Assembly: GCA_973895155.1 (NCBI GenBank)
Contig: OZ316895.1
Span: 2,467,659-2,531,658, forward strand
DNA: 64,000 nt
Reading direction: 5' to 3'
Origin: Marsupella aquatica
Taxonomy: Eukaryota > Plantae > Marchantiophyta
The notes below the pieces were generated by a model that saw only the letters and a program-made list of their open reading frames with translations, was not told the DNA's origin and searched no databases. Of the stretch, positions 24,043 to 37,000 are shown in pieces (the stretch's first letter is position 1; the number at the start of each line of letters is the position of its first letter). The position numbers were made by a program, and so were the translations under genes.

Positions 24043-24280
24043 AGTTCTCTCATCCTGAGCAGGAACTTGCTGTCATAGAAATACTTATCTGGAGGCCCCA
24101 GCTGGAATGAGTAAAGCTTTCGTCAGCAGCAGAGCATCCAAAGTGGTCCAACGGCAACCCCTATTATGGATTTAGTTCTCCCATCCTGAGCAGGAACATG
24201 CTGTCATAGGCTTACTTATCTGGATGCCCCAGCTGGAATGAGTAAGCTTTTGTTGGAGCAGAGTATCCAATGTGGTCCAA
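24043..24280. repeat. Diverged two-copy duplication, ~130-bp period
   Basis: tagttctc...catcctgagcaggaac...ccccagctggaatgagtaa...gcagag...tggtccaac at ~24043 and ~24172. Confidence 0.75.
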
Positions 24281-25395
24281 CTCTTAACACCTAGCCAGTT
24301 TCTGGACATTTGTTTAGTGTAAAGGCTCAATTGGCGCAGTCCATTGTGGAGCACGAAATTGTCAAAGAGGGTGGAGAGGCAACTTTAATGCACCAGACTC
24401 CTCCTAAGCACCAAATGTACAGCCCTCTACTCCAAAAGTTGGAGACCCAAGTAAGCGTCTTATCCGTACTAGATGATCTGTGGTACTTGAGTCGCAAAGC
24501 TACTAAAGTGTAATGTCCATCTAAACAACAAGGCCTACACCATTGATCCAGTAATATGATAACCCTTTAAATTTTGACGCATATTCAAAATGGGGGTGAT
24601 TTGAGTGATTTCAGATGAATAGAGTAAAACCTCCGGGTGGATCTTACTAATAAAGCTTAATGCAAAGCTAACTTCAAGGACTATTATTTAGAATGAAGCT
24701 CTCGTCCATAACTCTCAATAGGACAAAACTGAGGACAAAACTGAAAATGGAAGATGTACCAAAAAAAAAGGGATGGGAGCAAAGATTAATAAAACTTACA
24801 TTGACTATAAATAAGGACAAAACCAATAGTGACTTTCAATAAGACAAAATAGAAGTGAGGGTGAATAACAAAGGGATGGAGGCAAACATGAACAACAGTA
24901 TCTTTGTTTTATAAGATTTTTTTTGTTTTCATCTCTATTTAAGTTCACAGAACGGGGTGTAATCAGGCTAGTTCTCCTAAATCTAAATGGGACAACAGTT
25001 AGTACGATGCATGTACAATCCACGCAGATCACACTATATCATAGAGACTATCACAAGTAAAGACAAATGTAACAAACAACATTATTGGCTAGAAACTTAT
25101 GCTGGAAATGCAATGGGTTTCAGAACCATGAAGGGTTTTCTTGTTTAGGTCTCAAATTGAATGCCACTCCTCTTTGGATGTTAGAGTCTTTACCTCAGGT
25201 CCAACTATTGTGATATTTGATGCATGGGAAAGCAGTATCCTGCATGATGCAATGAGACCAACTTTGGAAAGTTGGGTGAAGAAGTGAGGGATCAATATGG
25301 CCATTCAGTGAAACACACTTCAAAATTTGGCCACAACTTTAGCATTTGCAACGAGATTGGCAGACTGTTTAGTGTGTTTGAATTTTTTTTGAGGC

Positions 25396-25810
25396 TGCTA
25401 TATGGTGGAATACCTTTTGGTTGTTCTTGTCTTATTCATGTTTCTTGTCATGTATTTTTATATGCATTTGACCTAGTGTAGGCTTTTGTTTTGTATCATT
25501 TCAAATTTAGTAATTTCTTCTAACCCCCTTAATTTTTTAAATGCCTTAGTTCCAATCAGGTAATTTAGAGTAAATGTTGATCTTTTTATGACTCTACTTT
25601 GCTCTGCTCAATTCGTCCTTATTTCTGAGAAGGAGAGACTCTCCACCAGGCTCAACGGAGCAACTAGAACTCAACAGTTTTATGTACTGTAGCTTATATC
25701 CCCATTGGGTTGATAACTTTACAATACTTATGGTTTATACATCAATAAGTGTCACCTACAAATACAACTCAAAATTAAAGGTTAAAAAGTTCAAGTATTT
25801 CTCTTTCAAC
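25396..25810 (+). repeat. Dispersed repeat copy 1 (probable transposon remnant)
   Basis: Reverse complement of ~50485-50908, e.g. ttatttctgagaaggagagactctccaccaggctcaac versus gttgagcctggtggagagtctctccttctcagaaataa. Confidence 0.8.
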
Positions 25811-28800
25811 TAATATTGTACCCACAGTACAATAGTTAAAACACAGTGTACAATAGTTAATGTAATTGTCTTTTTCAAAGTGAGAAAGTATTCTACCTCT
25901 CATTGAAAGAGAATCACTACAAGACAAATAAGCAAGCATGTTCCAGGATGAGCATGCTATATTTGAATTGTGGTAAGGTGGCACACCAATGAGTTGTTGA
26001 AGAATATAGCAAAATTGAGGGATATTGATTAGGATTTCTAACAGGGTGTAAGTAGCAATTGTGCCTTTTGTAACCAACACACACATGAGTAGCGACCCTT
26101 GTTCCTTGGAATGGGAACACTATAAATTTTAATACAGTAACTCCACAGATAGGGGGGAACAAGCAGCCCCAAAGGGAAGAGCACCAACAAACGCAACACC
26201 AGCAAGGTGGCCAGTCATCACAAAACCCAGAAAACACCCACGGCAAGAACCAGCGCTCAGGATCAACCGAGTAGACATGCAGACCCAGGAAACACAACAG
26301 GCCCAAGAAGCACAACTAACCCAAAATAGGAGGGCCATCATCTGAGACATCTAACCTACACCTAAGGGTGGCTTTACAAGAACTTGGGGGCAGCAGTTTT
26401 TTTTTCTAGGTGTACCCATTCATATGTGGCAACAGGCAAGGCCACTCTTCACTTTACATGAACTTGGGGGCACATTCAAGTACAACCATTACCAAACTTA
26501 GTGATCTGTCTCTTCTGGGTCCCTTTTTTTGCTGACGCGCACGTGATTTTGGTCAAAACTTGGACCTCCTCTTGAGGTACAACTTCCACCCAAATTTACA
26601 ATCAAAGAAAAAACAAAGTACAACAAATTTAAGGAAAGAAAAAGAGGTCTAAAGAGGACAAAAACCAACAAGGAAATTGAAAAGCAAGGGTAACCCTAAA
26701 AAAAGAGAAGAAGAGAAAGGAAAACTATCTAACACTTCACCAGTGGTAAAATCTAGTGTCCACATAGGAAAATGTGGCAAGAGCTAATGGTCCCATCCAG
26801 TGTCCTAAGTATATCAGCAAGTGGGACAGGAATGTATTCTAGGGGCGCAAGCGTCTGAGGAGGCACAGTAGCCAACCGCGAGGGATCGACAACAAATTTC
26901 TGAACCTTGAGCACGCTTAAAGGCCACTGAAATCATAAACTTATCAGCAATGATAAACGAATAAAGTGACAAAGAAATGCAAACCATGATCCACCTACTT
27001 CCCGGAAAACAAGAAAAGGGACAAAGCAGTCAATATACAAAAACCATCCCTAAACCCTGAACCTTATGTCCCAAAGAACACAAAACTGACATGACAATAC
27101 AAGAAACTATGTATGTATCGGCCATGTCCAATCAGACACAAAATTGACATGACAGTGCAATAAACAATACTGTATCACTATGTCCTTGGCTACTAACCAT
27201 AAAACGCTGGTACTACAATGCAAGAGCTGATAGGATTATTGGCTCAGACTTGGGTATTACCTTGTCAATTTCATGAAGAATTGAAGAGAGTTTTGAGTTC
27301 CTAAAGATTACTCCAATCACTCAGGGTCCACACATTGGGCTTCCAAAAGTTTTTGAGCACCTAACCTTGACATTCAGTGTCTCCCTCAACATCCAATCTA
27401 TTGTTTTTGGGCTGGATAGAAATGCATGGGAAAGATCTTTTCAATGAGCCTAATATAGAGATTTTAGAGACCATTTTCTTGCCTCATTTCATTCACCCAT
27501 GTAGTAAGTATTATATGAGCATAAAAGTGAAATTTGTTGCAATTTATCCAGGTTGCAAAAGTAAATATATCCAAGCATTTTGGCAAACATAGAAGCCCAT
27601 CCTAGCTTCAAATTTGGATGAAATTTGAGTTTGTCTTCAAGTATCAAGAAAGGAGAAAAACAGTAAAGATGGTAACAATGTAGTTTGTATTTGGTGTAAA
27701 ACTTGCATCATACTGCCATTACATAATTGCAAGACTGTTGCATATGGTCAAACCTCGAGGCACACCAGGTTAAGTTTTTGGTTTGGGTTTGGTTTCTACT
27801 CAAATCAAAATTTTAATGTTCTTTTAAAGCAATTGATTCCCCTAAAAAAATAGCCTTATGATTATTTCCATACCCATTTAGTTCAAAAACTAAACATTCA
27901 TTTCTTTTATTACTTTACCCGCTTACAAAACAATTCCATATATGCCAAAAGCCAAGCAATGGCGGGATGTTTATGTACAATCATTAGAAGCAAAAAAATA
28001 CTTCTTAAAGTTGCTAGGTGAGATATAGTTTATACACATTTGCTAGTTAACTCTTCACAACAGTACTTCAAATGCTCCAATTTCCCTTGGTGTCTTAACA
28101 GAGTCCTCTGATAAATCTCTGATGGGGAATTGAACCCCAAACTGCAAGTTGCAGCCTTCCAAGCAGAGAACCCCCCCACTAACCCTGCCCACCATCCCAG
28201 CACCCGAGCCATTTCAAAGACACAAACAAAAAATTTGGAAGAAGGTAAATATCTTCCGGATTCCTGTGCAATGGTTTACTTGTCACCTTGCAAAGAGATT
28301 TTCTTAACAAATATATCCTCTCCTTCCTCCTTGCACTGGTTTGGCCTCTGTCCACACATACAGCAGCAAACACCATGCAAGAGAATTGAAAGTAGGCCAA
28401 AACTGCCACCAGAGCACGCAACCTATACAGCTGAGGCCAAAAGAGCCAAAAGAGCCAAAAACCATCTTGAAGACAAGCCGAAACGAGAGCACACAGGAAA
28501 ACTCAGGCGAGAGGACAACAATAGCACAACGTCCGTGCGCAGGAAAGCTGAGGCGAGAGCAGAATTCAGCGTGAACCAAGAATAAGATTAGTAAGAACCA
28601 AGTATGAGATTACCAAATTACCCACTTCCAATGCCTTATTAGCTGGTTGTTTGTGGTTTCAGCCAGGACTTGTCCTAAACTTGCTGCCTCAAACTTGCAA
28701 AGTAACCTCCCTAAATTCATAATTATATGGGTGTAAAATCTTAGAAGTCCACTAAAGAGTGTTTCCGCTAGAAGACAAGAAAAAAACGAGTTCTAGGATG

Positions 28801-31800
28801 AGCCGGTTATAATGATTCACCTTTCAGTCTTTTGTCCTATTCAGGTTTTTGTTATGTATTGTTTGTGTTAATGTGTCTTAGACAAGGTGCATCTTCTGTA
28901 CAATTTGTATTCTGAATTTCTTTTTCCCCCTCTTAATGTTTTTTAATTTTGCCTATCTTGTTACAATATGTTGTTCAGATTATCCTTTTAATTTTAATCT
29001 ACTAGTTTTTGTTATGAATGATATTATTTTCTCAGATCTAACTAAAATCTCATATTTCATGGCGCATGTCTTCCCATGAATGCAGGAAAGAATAACTTAA
29101 GGATCCCCTTTTAAGTTTTCATCACAGTTCATTTCTAATTTTATGATTTTGAGGGACTTACGTGTCAGCACCTAAAGTAATTATTTGAGCAGTATTTGAA
29201 AAGCCCTCCACTTTATTGAAAGGATTTAGTAATATTTTAGAAGTTAAAAAGCGGGTTAAAAAGCTGTCTACTAGAAAAAGGACATGTAAAAAGTTGTCTA
29301 CTAAAAAATTGACATGGAGAGTGTACTTAAAAAGTGTTCCAATAGTTGGGAAGGCCTACAGTAGTGTTGTAAGGCCATGAGCGGTGAGAAGAGCATACCA
29401 AGTCACCCAAAACTAGTTTACTCTTGCTTTAAGGTCGTTCCTAAAAACTTAATCCCAGTGCTTCTAAGGAGTGATTAATTATTCGTCCAAACATGAAAAT
29501 CTGTTTGAGCAAAAAACAGGAGAAGACAAGCTAGCGTGAATTTTTGCATCTTTAGTTATCTTAAAGAAATTGGTTGCTGGTTTATCTAAAACCTTTTCTT
29601 ACCATTTGAGGAAGTTCGTTAAACTTGGAACAACCTTACTCTAAAGAGTTTTGTTTATGTTTGCTGCCAAAAATGCGACGTGTATAGCGTTTATATCTTG
29701 CATGACCTGCTAGAAATAAAGTTGCACTTCAAATAATGTACACTTGATCGTATTAATGGACTACTGTACCTTCGTGGTCGACAGTCCCAATCAAATCGCT
29801 GCATGGCTGCCGCGGTTAATTATGCACAGTTGCCACCCGCAGTTTCCAATCAGAGTGACTGCATGACTAGACTGCTACTGTAGTTGGCAGCGGTCGACGA
29901 TAAGTGTCGATACCATAAGGTGACTCGATGTTTCCAATGCTCGCCGATAAGGCAGTGTCCACTGTAGACGATCAGCTGACTCGATGCATGTCCCATGTTC
30001 TGGGTGTTTACGCACAACCCTCTACGACGGTGCAGTAGTTTAGGATTACTTCGCCTTTTCGTAGCGCTCACTTGAACTCTGTCGATCGAAATATCTCTCT
30101 GCAGGCCGTATCAAATTTGTCGATTGAAATATCTCTCTACTGGCCGTATCAAATTTGTGTGGATACAGGGACGGGACGATATGTTGTCGCTCGGATAGAT
30201 TTCTTCTCTATCGGGTGTTTGAGGGTCACGTGGGTCACATTTGGAATGATATCTGTTGCACTCTTTGCAGGAACGGATTCGTGTAGAAGTACTACATCTT
30301 TAATCAAATACTAGAGATCGCTAATTTCCCTTCCAAGTATTTCTTTGATGAGATTGATGCTTGGCTCTGCGCGTTGAAGATCCAGTCATAAGGGTTCTAC
30401 GCTCCTGGTACAGGACTCTCCGAAACTTGCATATCGGGACGATCCTGTACTCTTTTGATCTCTCAATTCATGATCGTTGCAAATCATGAGCCTGAGTGGC
30501 ACAATACTCTGGAATCACCGAGAGATAAACAAATCGCAGCTGACAGCCCTCGCAAGACTGATTGAAAGAACAAACTAAACAATAACCTCCACAATGAATC
30601 TGACCATCAGACTCCATCAGACTATTCTCATGAATGCAATAATCTAAGATGACAGTTGATTCAATGAAAGAATACGTATGAGAATAATCCAAAGAATACG
30701 TATGAGAATAATCCGAGTTCAGATCGAGTTTAGCTTGGAAGTCCAACTTGTTGCCATTTCCTGCCACATGCTGTACGTGGAAGAAAGAGCACGAAGAAGC
30801 AAGTGATCTACCTCGATAGTTGCTTCCAGAGTTCGAACAGGACTTTGACAGTGGCTACTTGGTCGCCAGGTTAAATACCTCGGTGACAGGACATAAATGA
30901 CCGAAGGAAAACGCTCAGTTAGGGAGCAGTCGACAAACTCGGCTATACAAAGGCGAACGTACGGTGCGAAAAACTCTATACGGGGAACAATTTAACGAAA
31001 ACGGTCTTAGAGACGGAGACTCTGATGATCAATTAGTCAATCTATCAAGCATCAGAAAGACCGAAGTCTCCCCCGAGGCAATTCCCTACAGACTAGATCC
31101 ATGTCAGGTTCATGATTTCTCGTACCATTATGAACGTCAGACATATTCCGACGGTAAGAAGGCACACAACTTCGACGTCGATAATTCTGAGAAGTGGATC
31201 AGACTTACTCCGATGGTGAGAACGCTCTACTCGTACTTGATAATATTGAACAGTGTGAATCCGAAACCAGTGTGAATCCGAAACCATTATCTTATTGCTT
31301 GAAGTGCTGTGTGTAGAGTCCTCTTAATATTACAAAACTGAAAGTATTGCATCTTGGACCATCTTGGGCATTACGCTGCGCGCCAACAACCACTAAAATG
31401 CAAATGGAACGCAGAGCAAAGCACGCTTGCACGACCGACTGTATACAATGCATAACACAGCACCCACGGTTGCGTTCAACTTCCAATTAGATATGATGAA
31501 AAAAATACGACGTGAGTCGATGACAAACGACTACTGGAGACTCAAGGGGACATTTGAGTCGCATTTCAATAAACAAGTTGGTGGATCAAGGTGTCAAAAT
31601 TACAAAACGTCGCAAGATATATATATTGAATGTACTTTTGTCATATAGCTCTTTCATAAGAGATGGTTTCAAAGGCTCTCCACCAGTGTTATCGGCTCCC
31701 TAGCCTACCTCCTCTACCACATCAACCACCTTGCACCAGAGGATTGTAGCAAGTGGAGCCTTTCGACCTCTGTCACCTATCCACTCTCTTTCCTAAAAAT

Positions 31801-31968
31801 ACCCACGTACACCTCCGCATCGGTAACTACAGTGATCTGTAGCTTCGAAAAAAGCCCCAGCCTTCAAAGCTCACTTTTCTGGTTCTACAAAACGCCAGGC
31901 TGAGCACAAAACACAACCTGAGCGTTGATTTTACAAGCCGATTTACATTCGAAACTAGTTCTCCACTC

Positions 31969-32129
31969 GCTGTTGAGAGTCATCCCAACTTCAATATTAC
32001 AACTATAGTGCTTTCCAAAGACCTTTTCTCTACTTGCTGTTGTTGAGAGTCATCCCAACTTGAATATTACAACTACTGTGTAGTCCAAAGATCGTTTCCC
32101 TACTTGCTGTTGTTGAGAGTCATCCCAAC
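31969..32129. repeat. About 2.3 copies of a ~71-bp tandem unit downstream of the DRM1/ARP CDS
   Basis: tgttgagagtcatcccaac at ~31971, 32041 and 32111. Confidence 0.8.
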
Positions 32130-32434
32130 CATCATTTTGCTAGCGCTTACACTTGCAACTAGTACTAACGTTGATCGTAGCGCCGCTACCTGCTAATGTC
32201 AATGTCTCCTACTATATACAACAAACCTTCTCCGAATCATCCTGGTCCATCCAGACGACGCGCAAAATGGGACATCCGAGAATGGCCCGCCAAAGATGCC
32301 GATGGCCAACCTGTACGTAACTCCAACATGACTGAATTCTGTGCTGCTCTTGCTATTCATTCCCTCCGAATCGGCTCATCTCTGCTTCACTTCAGCGCTA
32401 AGCGCTAGGAAGCAAACTTCAAGAATCACCTTAG

Positions 32435-34065
32435 TTAACGATATTCGGATTTGTGTTTCCCGCTGTACAGCCTGCACCAAGGGAGGGGAGCACCGCACGA
32501 GGCCAAAATTACTCGCCAAACTTATTACAATCCAGGCTATAACATGGTCCATCTGTATCGATAGGGCCGCATCATAAGGATCTTCAAATGTATGTACACT
32601 TTCATATATGTGTATACGCTCCTACAATAGACGACCTTGCCCCAGCTTAAAGGGCAATAGTCGCCACGGGATCGGATTGCATTGCAACGACGTCACTTGT
32701 CCAGGGCAGATATGACTACCCTGCAATTCCATCATGAGACCAATTTGGTCCTACGTCTATTAGATTGTGCGTTCCGAGAAAAAGAGACTGCCACACTGTG
32801 CAGCTCAAGGAAACCCACACTTTACTCAGACAAGACGCATCAGGAGCGAGCTTAATTCAGTGCAGAAGGTTGGCAGACTCACCAGTCATACACAGTGGGA
32901 GAAGAAGAATTGGGACTGACGTTGTCGAATTTAGCAGACCCCATCGTCTTCAATGCTCGATTTTGACCCGGGTGGAAGACGCTGCGCCAGACATTGTCTT
33001 TTTCTCTCGCGGCTGTTGATAAAAAACACAGCATGACGGTCAGCATTCCGATTTGGACCCAGCTACACTATTCGTTCATCCATGTTACTCGAGTACTCAA
33101 GACAGCAACATTGCGGTCGCCGTGGCGGGTGAACCCGCAATTACAGGGTAACGCTATGCTACCAAGTTCTGTCCCTGCGCGAAGTGAACTTCAGGAGAGA
33201 GAAGGCGCGACACTACAGGTCTTTCAATACTCGGTGCATGCTGTACCATGAAATCTGACCCTCACCAAATTTCAGGCAGAATGCAACTTACCAGGAGAAG
33301 CCACAGGACTCGACGCCATGGGAGAAGCAACAGGGGATTCAGTGGTAGAGTCGAAGCTGGTCCGAATCGATGGAGGTTTCTTGATCGAAATACTCTGGGT
33401 GATACGACGCGCTTCGCTCTCACTTCGCGCGAATTCACCACTTCGGCGGCGATCCATCATACTTTGAACTGATTCAGCGTCAGCTGTAAAATCCGCCGGG
33501 AATGGAAACGATCAGAGACGTCAAGAGCAGCAATCAAGATCGAGAGCGGACAGGAGGCAATTTGAAGAAAGCAGCTCTATAAGAGACTCTACGTAACAGG
33601 ACTGTACAGGGCACTTCAGCAGCCAGAAATGAAATTCCTATCTTATATCGCGAGAATGGCGTGATAGGCAAACGAGCATCTACTATGGGCAACATCATTG
33701 AGAGCAATACCATAACAAGGCATGCCTATAGGAAAGGATCAGAGACGTTCAGAGGATTCAATAGAAACAATCCCTATGAAGTCCACTATCTTTATCCAGC
33801 AGACACAAGACTCTGCATAATAGATCGGCACAGTCTGCGATCAATTCAAATCAAGACCTTCGCAGCTCATTTCACAACATGTACGCGATCCTCATTGGCA
33901 GTATTTTCGACGATACCAGCAACAAAACTCCAACAACTTCCCGCACGACGACCAGAAATAAGTACCTTCTTGGGGACCGCCTTGCTTATGTCGCAATTTC
34001 CCAAGCCCCTTGGTAGGCTGAGGTCCCGCAACGACATCATCCCACAGTTTATCCAGAAGACCCAT
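32435..34065 (-). CDS. DRM1: Dormancy/auxin-associated protein (DRM1/ARP family), 4 coding exons
   Basis: Exons 34065-33966 ([17 protein letters not shown]), 33483-33292, 33012-32883 ([10 protein letters not shown]...PTVYDW) and 32471-32435 ([11 protein letters not shown]). GT-AG sites with consistent phases. Symbol is family-level. Confidence 0.9.
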
Positions 34066-37000
34066 CCTCACGCAATCCGTCGGGCGATTTACTTCGATCA
34101 ACTCTCTCCGAAAATCACGGCCTCCAGTCTTCACTCACTCGTGAAGCTTCCAATGCCACAACGCAACAGGACAACAAGAGTCTTCCAACAGCATCAAACC
34201 AACTGACCAATCGATTGGCACGGCAAAGTCTTCGACGTACGTACGATTCAAGCGTTACCCACAATGGTACGACAAGAGTCCTCCAGCAAGAATCGAGCGC
34301 AGTAGCACCCACACAAGAACAGACGACGGTCTTGACGGGAGCAGAAGCAGATTGAGAGAGCACAGAAGGGAGAGAGGGTTTCCAGACTTCGGAGAAGAGC
34401 TCGATTATATATACACATCAGCTCCCCTGCCACCGGATAAGCTCGAGGGAGGGTGACTGTGTAAACCAGAGCAGTAAGTTACTACGCCGCTACTCAGGAC
34501 ATTACTAACCACGCATGCTGCGTGGCAGTGAGAGCGGGCCCCACAGTATCTATACGAGAACTCCCTTTTGAGACGCATCTTCAGTTTCCGTCGTATATTC
34601 ATCGAGGGCCCAGGTTTACCTTATTTGTACTGCAAGAGCACTCCCACTGGTCCGTGATCGAGTCCAGTTGGGACCGAATACACCTGGACTAGCCCAACTT
34701 TTTAGCAGGTGTATTAATATTGGGGTTTATTATGGGTATTGGATGACATATGTTAAGGGTCGTCGTATGATTTTTATTGCTCTTCTCTTATCAAGGCTTG
34801 TTATGTAGGCAGCTTTATATCTCATTCTTTTAAACCATATTTTGGGGTGTATTTGTAGGGTTGAAGTTGAGCACAATGCATAGTTGCAGGTGTCAAAAAT
34901 AATATCTGTATATGCAATTGCACCAGATAGACGAACCCCAACCATTTATCTAAGGTATGACCACTTAACATATATTTAGGGTCCTTCAGATGGGGTTCCT
35001 GTACGCCTCCCCGCTGCATGTCGCAATATGGTGGTCCACTCGTCCCATATGCTCCATTAAACATATACATCATAAATTGTCACATTTTAATAAACAATTA
35101 GGCATGACGCCAATTTTGGAGAAGCATTCGAACATCCTAGTCAGGAGGTTTTTCCTACCGAGGCTCTCACTCAATCTTCCACTCCCACAACCTAGCGGAA
35201 TAAATCCTGCGAAGACTGATTGACTATCGCACCCGGCCCTCTCACTTTTGGATCAAATGTCAAGGCAAGTGCACCCACGCTTCAGCTGTTCGTGTGTTCG
35301 CACCATGACTCCACACTTTTCCTCCTGTTTGCACCATGGTGAGTGTGAGCAGCGACAAGAGAGCCTCCATCTTCCCTATCATGGGGCAGTTATGTGTGCA
35401 CTGGTGCGAGTGCTCTAAGGTCTAAGAGGCAGACTAGCAGATACCGGTGACTCCCTGATACAGATACGATTCTTCGTGCTCAGATTCTACCATTACTGTG
35501 CTCCAGTGCTCAGCTTCTACCATTCCGTAGTTTGCAGAATTATATTGATTATTATATGCTGGCCATGCTCTCTTGCGCTTGAAGATATTTCAGTTTTAAC
35601 ATTAAAAAAACACAGAGAGGGCGCAGCCAGAGCGAGAGTTCCTGACGCTACTCTTTTAAGCCGGCAGGCAAAAGCCCGTTGGGTGTGATTGGCCTTTTGA
35701 TGTACTCCTGCCTTCTGGACTGTTCACTTCGTACACGGTCCGGAAAGCCACAGACTCCGTGCCACATACTCCGTGTCACATGGTGCCCCGGGACAACTGT
35801 TTCCTGTTTGTTCGCTTTTTGATATGGCCAATTATCAATTTGAGGTAGCATTTTCGATGTTAACAAATATCTCGACGGTGTTGATCTCTAACGACCACCC
35901 TGTGGAAGGGGTCTACCGCACCGCATCTAAAAATAGATATCTATTGAAATTTGGAAGTGAATGAATTTAGCTCACGTACTAGAATTCTGGGACGCAAAAC
36001 TTAAGAAAGTTCTAAGTATCTTGAAGTAAACATTGATTCTTCAGTGTATATATTATTCAAATAAAGAAGTAGACAAGGACAATTATACTATTCAAATAAA
36101 GAATTAAACAATGAGAATTGTATTTTGGAGTTGTCCCATTTCCAGGGATTGCTCTGTGTTAGTCTTCTCAGAGGTTTACTCTGTCGTAGAGGGAGGATCA
36201 GGGGACTTTCATAAGGTCAGGTGGATTCATTCAAGCTTGTCTAATGTAAATCGATCTCAATTGACAATCAGAATCATTCAAGAATGTGAGTTGTTGACAT
36301 TATGGTACCAGGGGCTAAGAAGGTTGGACTAGCATACCCATCCCCAAATCCCAGTCAACCTTTTGCCTCTGCCTAGGATGAGTTAAATGTGTGGATTCCT
36401 TGGCCTCCTCCTGTTTCCAGCGTTTCCAGGTAGGCTCGCTCTTATATTGCGTATTATTGGTTAGTACTAAGAGTTGAAGTTGGGGAAAATCCCAATAAGG
36501 CCCTCTAGCCCATTTCTTGGTCATCGTGAAGGTCACTCCTTTGTTGCTCTGGGCAAGATTTCATATAATCCCTTTTCTTATCTCTCAAGCACTTAGAGCA
36601 CACTCACATAGTATGCTCTCAACTATTTCATGAGATGTTGCCAGTACTTGTTGGTAAAGTTGGTTCTACAGTTTTGGTCCAGTTTGTAAACTACCTTCCC
36701 TTACTCTCTATTTTTTAATTTAAATCTAAATTGGGGTTTCAAGGCAAAATCAGAATCAAGAGGAGTGACTAGAACTAGGCTTCATTTGAAGAGAACTCTG
36801 GGCATAGTGTCAGTCCCATGATTGAAATGTTTATGTGTTCGAGGTTCTGGATAAGAGGGAAACAAATAGTTATCCTGAATTCAAGAGGGAACTATCTGAG
36901 CATTAAAGAAAACTAAACTAACCAACTGGCTGTGGTCAGTTGGCCAGGTAATAGCCTAGAACCCAGAGTTCCCTGGTTCAAACCCCCCTCCACATGCAAG

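Noticed and set aside
36926-36992. tRNA gene or tRNA-derived SINE (GGTTCAAA B-box-like motif)
   Set aside because: No convincing cloverleaf, tail or TSD by eye; tRNAscan or a repeat search is needed.
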